Source: Euryarchaeota archaeon UBA251 (GTDB lineage: Archaea > Thermoplasmatota > Poseidoniia > Poseidoniales > Thalassarchaeaceae). Taken from it: a stretch of 49,201 nucleotides of DNA. The stretch lies in assembly GCA_002497905.1 (NCBI GenBank), contig DAFJ01000059.1, positions 1 to 49,201 of the forward strand, in the 5' to 3' direction. The stretch's first letter is position 1. Each line of letters begins with the position of its first letter. The notes below the pieces were generated by a model. It was given only the letters and a program-made list of their open reading frames with translations. It did not search any database and was not told the origin of the DNA. Positions 44,340 through 49,201 of this stretch are shown in pieces. The translations under genes were made by a program, and so were the position numbers.

Positions 44340-44981
44340 TCAGACTCGAATGGATTCATCCAGCCAATCATATTCGATGTTGCCATTTCTCAAACCTGCA
44401 AGATGAGGCGCAAGTTGGAGATCGATACTGTGCATAATTCCACGTCTTCGGAGAACAGTTATTGCTGAATGGACAGATGCACGTGAACGTCCAAGGTTAC
44501 GGGCAAGTTGCGCTTGAGATCGCGGCAATTCATCTCTGCAAAGATGAGCAACTACAAGTCGTTGGACTGTGGACAGACCCACTGGCATCATTGCAGCAGC
44601 ACGTTCATCATCACCTACTGTTATTCCGGATAGGATTTCCATCTGTGCAGGTGCGCCTGCATAGTGACAAGATCGTCCATTGACATGGACAACAGTGACA
44701 GAACGTTCAGCAATCAGGACATCTAGATGGTGTCGAAGTGTACCATTGGCTGCATTGAGTTCACGTTGTAGTTCTCTGTATGGAAGGCCAGGCTTTCGCT
44801 CAAGGATAGATAGGACTCTCTTGCGTAGTGGATGTTCCCAGTGATCACTGGGTGAACTGATGGCACCACTGGCCCCAAAACCAGTAAGACTTGCTCCCAA
44901 TCCAGCGATACCGCTCGCTACACCAATGATTCCCCCGAGGACCCATGGGTGGCGTTGATGCCATTGGCGAAGCAGGGGCAT
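44340..44981 (-). CDS. Double winged-HTH regulator with N-terminal hydrophobic segment (COG3398-like)
   Basis: HPLRKRVLSILERKPGLPYRELQRELNAANGTLRHHLDVL; second HTH SQAQLARNLGRSRASVHSAITVLRRRG. Confidence 0.8.
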   Translation of the reverse strand: MPLLRQWHQRHPWVLGGIIGVASGIAGLGASLTGFGASGAISSPSDHWEHPLRKRVLSILERKPGLPYRELQRELNAANGTLRHHLDVLIAERSVTVVHVNGRSCHYAGAPAQMEILSGITVGDDERAAAMMPVGLSTVQRLVVAHLCRDELPRSQAQLARNLGRSRASVHSAITVLRRRGIMHSIDLQLAPHLAGLRNGNIEYDWLDESIRV

Positions 44982-45027
44982 GAGTTACGTTTCCATCCGA
45001 ACGGACTTCAAGCCATTGGTTCGATGT

Positions 45028-45489
45028 TCAGACATCATCTTCGATAATTGCATCGTTACGGATCTTCATGTATGCAACTAGTGGACTGAGGAGTTTTCCA
45101 CAACGAGCCCCATGTTCTGTAAGCTTGTAGGAGACGCGGATAGGGGGCCCTTCAATCACGATACGGTCGATTAGACCAACTTCTTTGCAGGTTCGGAGTT
45201 TGTCTGATAGGGTACGGCTACTAATGCCATTGAGGAGGTGGCGTAACTCATTGAAACGCCGCTCTCCAGCGATATAGAGAGCAGCAAGAATTTCGATAGT
45301 CCACCGTGATCCAAAGACACCAAGTGCTTCCACACCAGCTTGAACTTCCCAAGCAATGTTGTGAATTTCATCATCACTGTATTTCTCTAGAGTTGATCGA
45401 ATATCGCTGCCATGGTTTCTGACTTGTTCGATAGTGGTGTTGATGGATGTGAAATCATCCGATTTTATCTTCATTGATGGTTCAACCAT
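45028..45489 (-). CDS. HxlR-family winged-helix transcriptional regulator
   Basis: SRWTIEIL...RRFNELRHLLNGISSRTLSDKL...PPIRVSYKLTEHG. Confidence 0.92.
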   Translation of the reverse strand: MVEPSMKIKSDDFTSINTTIEQVRNHGSDIRSTLEKYSDDEIHNIAWEVQAGVEALGVFGSRWTIEILAALYIAGERRFNELRHLLNGISSRTLSDKLRTCKEVGLIDRIVIEGPPIRVSYKLTEHGARCGKLLSPLVAYMKIRNDAIIEDDV

Positions 45490-45491
45490 GG

Positions 45492-45572
45492 TGCACCCAG
45501 AGGAATCTGGTGTATAAATTGCACCCTACTAGTAGCACGTTTATCTGTAGATTCATATAGTACCGGGTGCAA
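45492..45572. promoter_or_regulatory. Divergent promoter region with repeated TGCACCC motifs and an inverted repeat (candidate operator)
   Basis: TGCACCC at 45492 and 45520, inverted copy GGGTGCA at 45565; palindrome CTACTAGTAG 45526-35; TTTATA on the minus strand 29 nt before the hxlR ATG. Confidence 0.5.
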
Positions 45573-45613
45573 GTATAGTGTGAAACTGGAAGCAGATTTC
45601 AGAAGTGATACAA

Positions 45614-45718
45614 GTGGATCGATACATGGAGAACTGGATGGATGATTGGAGTACCAAGATGACCGCTAAGGAAAAGCTCGAAGGGCGCTTGTTTGACCGC
45701 CTTCTCAAGTGGTGGTGA
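45614..45718 (+). CDS. Candidate small Trp-rich peptide (MDRYMENWMDDWSTKMTAKEKLEGRLFDRLLKWW)
   Basis: SD-like AGAAGTGA before GTG 45614 (alternative ATG 45626); codon usage resembles the rest of the window; below the ORF-track size cutoff. Confidence 0.4.
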   Translation: MDRYMENWMDDWSTKMTAKEKLEGRLFDRLLKWW

Positions 45719-45722
45719 ATGA

Positions 45723-45800
45723 ATGTCAGCGGTAAAGGAATTCATGATTCGTGCTGTAACAAACTGGCGTGCACCCTGGTATGCAAATCCTCCAACATAG
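45723..45800 (+). CDS. Candidate small peptide (MSAVKEFMIRAVTNWRAPWYANPPT)
   Basis: SD GGTGGTGA overlaps the preceding stop and ends 4 nt before the ATG. Confidence 0.35.
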   Translation: MSAVKEFMIRAVTNWRAPWYANPPT

Positions 45801-45831
45801 TAACCTGTTGATTGATGGGCTATGATCTCAA

Positions 45832-47910
45832 TCATTCGTTGGTATAGGATGGTCGTCGACCCTGAATTAGGGCGGAGAGTCCTTCGTAGGCATCCTTTGT
45901 GGCGAAGATTGCCTCAAGATGTTCAAGCTCCTTGTCTAAACCATCTGTGAGTTCGCTGGATCCAGCAATATCGATGAGTTCGCTTGCCATTCGGAGAGCG
46001 ATAGGAGCGGTGCGAGATATTTGCTTCAACTGTCGCCCAGCATAAGCTTCGTTGACTGGTGAGGGGGGGTCTTTTCCTTCGAGAATAGCTTTCACGTTTT
46101 CATCACAGTAGAAGGCAACGGCGGACTTAATCGTGTCAGAGAGTCGAGAGGGATGGCCAGCGTACTTCTTTTCAGGCTTCCCTTTTTCTGCAATTTCTTC
46201 TACAGTAGAATCAACATCTGATGGATTAACGAAATGTGTCAATAATCCGAGATCCACTGCATCCTGTGGCCCTATCCAATTGCCTGCTAGGACTGCCCAT
46301 CGAGCCGCAGGAAGTCCACATATCTTGGCGGTTCTCTGCGTTCCTCCTAGGCCAGGATAAATCCCGATACTGGTTTCAGGGAAGCGGAATTGAGTTCTCC
46401 TCGTACCAACCCGGTAGTCACAAGCGAGGGCAAGTTCCAATCCTCCACCAAGGGCAAGACCGGTGGTCAGTGCAATCGTAGTCTTCGGACTGTTCTCAAT
46501 CTTGTCAAAAACTGCGTGACCCTCAGCAGTAAAATCGTAAATCTTTGGGAATGCATCCTCGTCTAGACGGTCGACGAAGAACTTCACATCAGCTCCAGCG
46601 ACAAATGCTTTACCGGCCCCTTCGAGCACAATGGTGTCCACGGAATTATCCTGATTTAGCGCATCCATGACTGCACCGAGTTGTTCCACAACGGTCTCAT
46701 TGAGCGCATTCATTGCTTCAGGTCGGTTGATATTCACAGTAGCAATCGCCCCTCGGATCTCGGCATCAACGAATTCGAAGACCCATGGGTTCCCTGTATC
46801 TGCCTTATTTTGAAGGAAATCAGGAAGTGTGAATCCCTCTCCATTTGTATGAAGTGCAGTGTAATCTGCAGCCATTCTGTACGCTTCTTTTACCCCCACC
46901 TCGTTCATTAGTTCAAATGGCCCAGAAGCCCACCTCAATCCAACCTTGGCACCTCGATCAACATCCTCCATTGAGCAGATTTCCTCCTGTACAATTTGGG
47001 TAGCAACTGCAAACACTGTACCAAGAAGTCGCTCTCGAATTGTGATGGCTGTCTGTGTGTCACAGGATTTGTCGTCGCCTATATCCCACATGGCTTCTGC
47101 TTTGACTAAATCACGAAGATTTTGTGCGCCAGTGTAGCGCGGAGTATCCAACTGTTCTGCGAGGTAATCTGTAGAGTGCAGAGCGATAGGTGGACCGGTG
47201 AGATTCATGAGGGCAAACGGCCCCATGCCGATATTGAAGGAATCACAAGCGACAGCATCAATTTGAGCGGGTGTGGCTACTCCTTCCTCCATTAGAAGAC
47301 ATGCTTCGTTAAGCCACGGCACGAAGAATCGATTGACGACGAATCCGGGGCGATCTTTGCAGACAATGACGACCTTTCCAAGTTGCTTGCAATACTGCAC
47401 GACTCGATTCACAGTATCTTCAGAGGAGTCGTTGGATGGGATGACCTCAACTAATCGATTCTTGGCAGGATGGTAGAAGAAGTGGAGGCCGACGAAGCGA
47501 TCTGGACGAGCAGTTGCACGGGAGAGATCGTTGACACTGAGAGACGAGGTATTTGATGCGAGAATGGTTCTCTCGCCACAACTTGCATCGAGGGTATGGA
47601 ATACTGCTGACTTGATATCGAAGTCTTCAAACACAGCTTCAATCACAAGATCGGTGTCCTCTGCGACGTTTTCAACACCCACGACTCCAGTGATTCTTCC
47701 CTTGATATCTTCGACTTGATCTTCTGAGAAGATGCGACGCTCAACGGCCTCTGAGAGAAAATTCGCGATGATATTATGACCTCGTTCGACCCATTGAGCC
47801 TCCCGGTCCACCATTTGGACATCGAATCTCTCCTGAGCCGTCTTCTGGGCGATTCCACTTCCCATATTGCCGGCGCCGACGACGGCCACCTTCTCGATAG
47901 GTGCACTCAT
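45832..47910 (-). CDS. Bifunctional 3-hydroxyacyl-CoA dehydrogenase / enoyl-CoA hydratase (archaeal domain order)
   Basis: Dehydrogenase motifs GAGNMGSGIA, IEAVFED, ASNTSSL, GLHFF and PGFVVNR; crotonase motifs NRPEAMNAL, AFVAGAD, GGGLELALACD and PETSIG. Confidence 0.95.
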   Translation of the reverse strand: MSAPIEKVAVVGAGNMGSGIAQKTAQERFDVQMVDREAQWVERGHNIIANFLSEAVERRIFSEDQVEDIKGRITGVVGVENVAEDTDLVIEAVFEDFDIKSAVFHTLDASCGERTILASNTSSLSVNDLSRATARPDRFVGLHFFYHPAKNRLVEVIPSNDSSEDTVNRVVQYCKQLGKVVIVCKDRPGFVVNRFFVPWLNEACLLMEEGVATPAQIDAVACDSFNIGMGPFALMNLTGPPIALHSTDYLAEQLDTPRYTGAQNLRDLVKAEAMWDIGDDKSCDTQTAITIRERLLGTVFAVATQIVQEEICSMEDVDRGAKVGLRWASGPFELMNEVGVKEAYRMAADYTALHTNGEGFTLPDFLQNKADTGNPWVFEFVDAEIRGAIATVNINRPEAMNALNETVVEQLGAVMDALNQDNSVDTIVLEGAGKAFVAGADVKFFVDRLDEDAFPKIYDFTAEGHAVFDKIENSPKTTIALTTGLALGGGLELALACDYRVGTRRTQFRFPETSIGIYPGLGGTQRTAKICGLPAARWAVLAGNWIGPQDAVDLGLLTHFVNPSDVDSTVEEIAEKGKPEKKYAGHPSRLSDTIKSAVAFYCDENVKAILEGKDPPSPVNEAYAGRQLKQISRTAPIALRMASELIDIAGSSELTDGLDKELEHLEAIFATKDAYEGLSALIQGRRPSYTNE

Positions 47911-47985
47911 GCATCCGCGCTGTTGCAAACCGTCCATGAATGCAACGGCTAGTTTTACTCTTGAGATGAACTATAATCTACCAAA

Positions 47986-49200
47986 TTATTCGACTATGAT
48001 GGTCGCTGTCATACCGGTATGATAGGCACAATGGTAAGTGTAAGTACCAGCGGTCGTGAATGTGAACCAGAATGTATCACCATTTGCCATGTGACCCGAA
48101 TTGAACAAACCACTGTCTTCGGTGACAGTATGTGCTGCACTGTCCTGATTTGTCCAAGTTATGGTGTCTCCAACTGAGATTGTAATTGTGGATTCACTGA
48201 AGGACATTCCTTTGATATCGATGAAGTATTCCTGGCTTACATTACATCCATTTTCGTCGATAGCGGCTCCTGATTCTGTATCGTCACATTGGTCTGCATT
48301 ATCTCCAATACCATCGCCATCAGTATCTGCTGATTCGTTTGCATTATTTGGAAATACATCACTATTGTCGCCTACCCCATCACCATCGGAATCCGAAGTT
48401 TCGTTTTCATCATTTGGAAAAGCATCTTGATCATCAGGTGTACCGTCATTGTCGTCATCTGTATCTGCGTTATCGCCTATCCCGTCACCATCGAGGTCAG
48501 ACCACTCGTTTGGGTCGTTTGGAAATGTGTCTTGTGAGTCATTGACGTTGTCATTGTCATCATCTGTGTCTGCATTGTCACCTATGCCGTCTCCATCAGT
48601 ATCCGTGGTTTCGGTTTCGTCGAATGGGAAGTCATCTTGATCATCAGGTGTACCGTCATTGTCGTCATCTGTGTCAGCATTGTCACCTATGCCGTCTTCA
48701 TCCGCATCTTCGGACTCGTTAGGATCGTCTGGAAACATATCAGTTTCATCATTTACGCCGTCATTGTCAGAGTCGGCAACAGAAAACAAATCGTCCATGA
48801 GGGCATTCAGGCCGACATTCATCTGACCATCACATTCAGGATACTCTTCTGCTGAAATGTCGAGAAAACCAACCATTGTTCCATTTTCAACCATTATGAA
48901 ATACGGCGATCCAAAATTCGTATTCGACTCAGTAAAATTCTTGATATCTTGAATTAGCACCGACATATCTGCACTTTCATACATTGCTGACCAAACATCT
49001 ATTGCGTCACCTGAGCGATTATCTGAAATCTTTTCACGAAGTTTACCCTCATGTTGTGTTGCAGCCGGGTCCCATTCTTGCCAAGCCAAAATTAGACCAC
49101 AGGTAGAGCGTGAAATAGCACCTTCATCCAACATTGTTTCGTTCAAATCGATAACGTTCCAAGTTCTTTCAACAGAATCAAAGTCACAGTAGTATTCACT
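47986..49200 (-). CDS. Thrombospondin type-3 (Ca-binding) repeat protein with C-terminal cupredoxin domain (5'-truncated)
   Basis: Frame open to the window edge; DxDGDGIGDNAD repeats; type-1 Cu ligands AHTVT and YHCAYHTGM. Confidence 0.88.
   Translation of the reverse strand, partial: SEYYCDFDSVERTWNVIDLNETMLDEGAISRSTCGLILAWQEWDPAATQHEGKLREKISDNRSGDAIDVWSAMYESADMSVLIQDIKNFTESNTNFGSPYFIMVENGTMVGFLDISAEEYPECDGQMNVGLNALMDDLFSVADSDNDGVNDETDMFPDDPNESEDADEDGIGDNADTDDDNDGTPDDQDDFPFDETETTDTDGDGIGDNADTDDDNDNVNDSQDTFPNDPNEWSDLDGDGIGDNADTDDDNDGTPDDQDAFPNDENETSDSDGDGVGDNSDVFPNNANESADTDGDGIGDNADQCDDTESGAAIDENGCNVSQEYFIDIKGMSFSESTITISVGDTITWTNQDSAAHTVTEDSGLFNSGHMANGDTFWFTFTTAGTYTYHCAYHTGMTATIIVE
48423..48672. 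repeat. 40-bp exact direct repeat within the TSP3 coding repeats
   Basis: CATCTTGATCATCAGGTGTACCGTCATTGTCGTCATCTGT at 48423-48462 and 48633-48672, 210 nt apart (two 35-aa units). Confidence 0.85.
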
Positions 49201-49201
49201 T

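Noticed and set aside
45599-45835. 78-aa minus-strand ORF overlapping the dehydrogenase/hydratase stop (ATGA)
   Set aside because: No recognisable motif, and the overlap can arise by chance from GAA-TGA. The plus-strand small ORFs have better SD signals. Not fully excluded.
48250-48780. Regularly spaced DNA repeats as a CRISPR array
   Set aside because: They are degenerate, in-frame coding repeats (TSP3, 35-aa period) inside an ORF.

Overview
Core chromosomal region of a Thermoplasmatota archaeon, most likely Marine Group II/Poseidoniales (inferred from rpl15e, archaeal uS2, the aIF1A-RIO1-Dim2 cluster, a split nuoJ and many large acidic PKD/CARDB surface proteins). In order it holds: a partial SPFH-like gene, an orphan, rpl15e, a PRC-barrel protein, RNase Z, a block of large secreted or membrane-anchored proteins including an S8 protease, a 'headless' complex I-like operon (nuoABCDHI-J1-J2-KLMN, no nuoEFG), aIF1A/RIO1/Dim2, two CARDB proteins, an unannotated box C/D sRNA, a Tat lipoprotein, a membrane-embedded solo Cas4-like nuclease, rps2, dus, three wHTH regulators, a 3-hydroxyacyl-CoA dehydrogenase/enoyl-CoA hydratase fusion and a partial TSP3-repeat cupredoxin. 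The most striking observation is two homologous paired EF-hand modules in the membrane arm of complex I. One is fused to NuoJ2. The other is a 100-codon insert in NuoL bounded by a 13-bp direct repeat. Together they suggest a Ca2+-sensing respiratory complex. Other highlights are a C/D guide RNA predicted to methylate C34 of intron-containing tRNA-Met, a Tudor/SH3-like insert in NuoI, a eukaryote-like acidic tail on aIF1A, and a degenerate TATA-like motif about 30 nt before many start codons. All calls were made by eye from motifs; no database searches were run.
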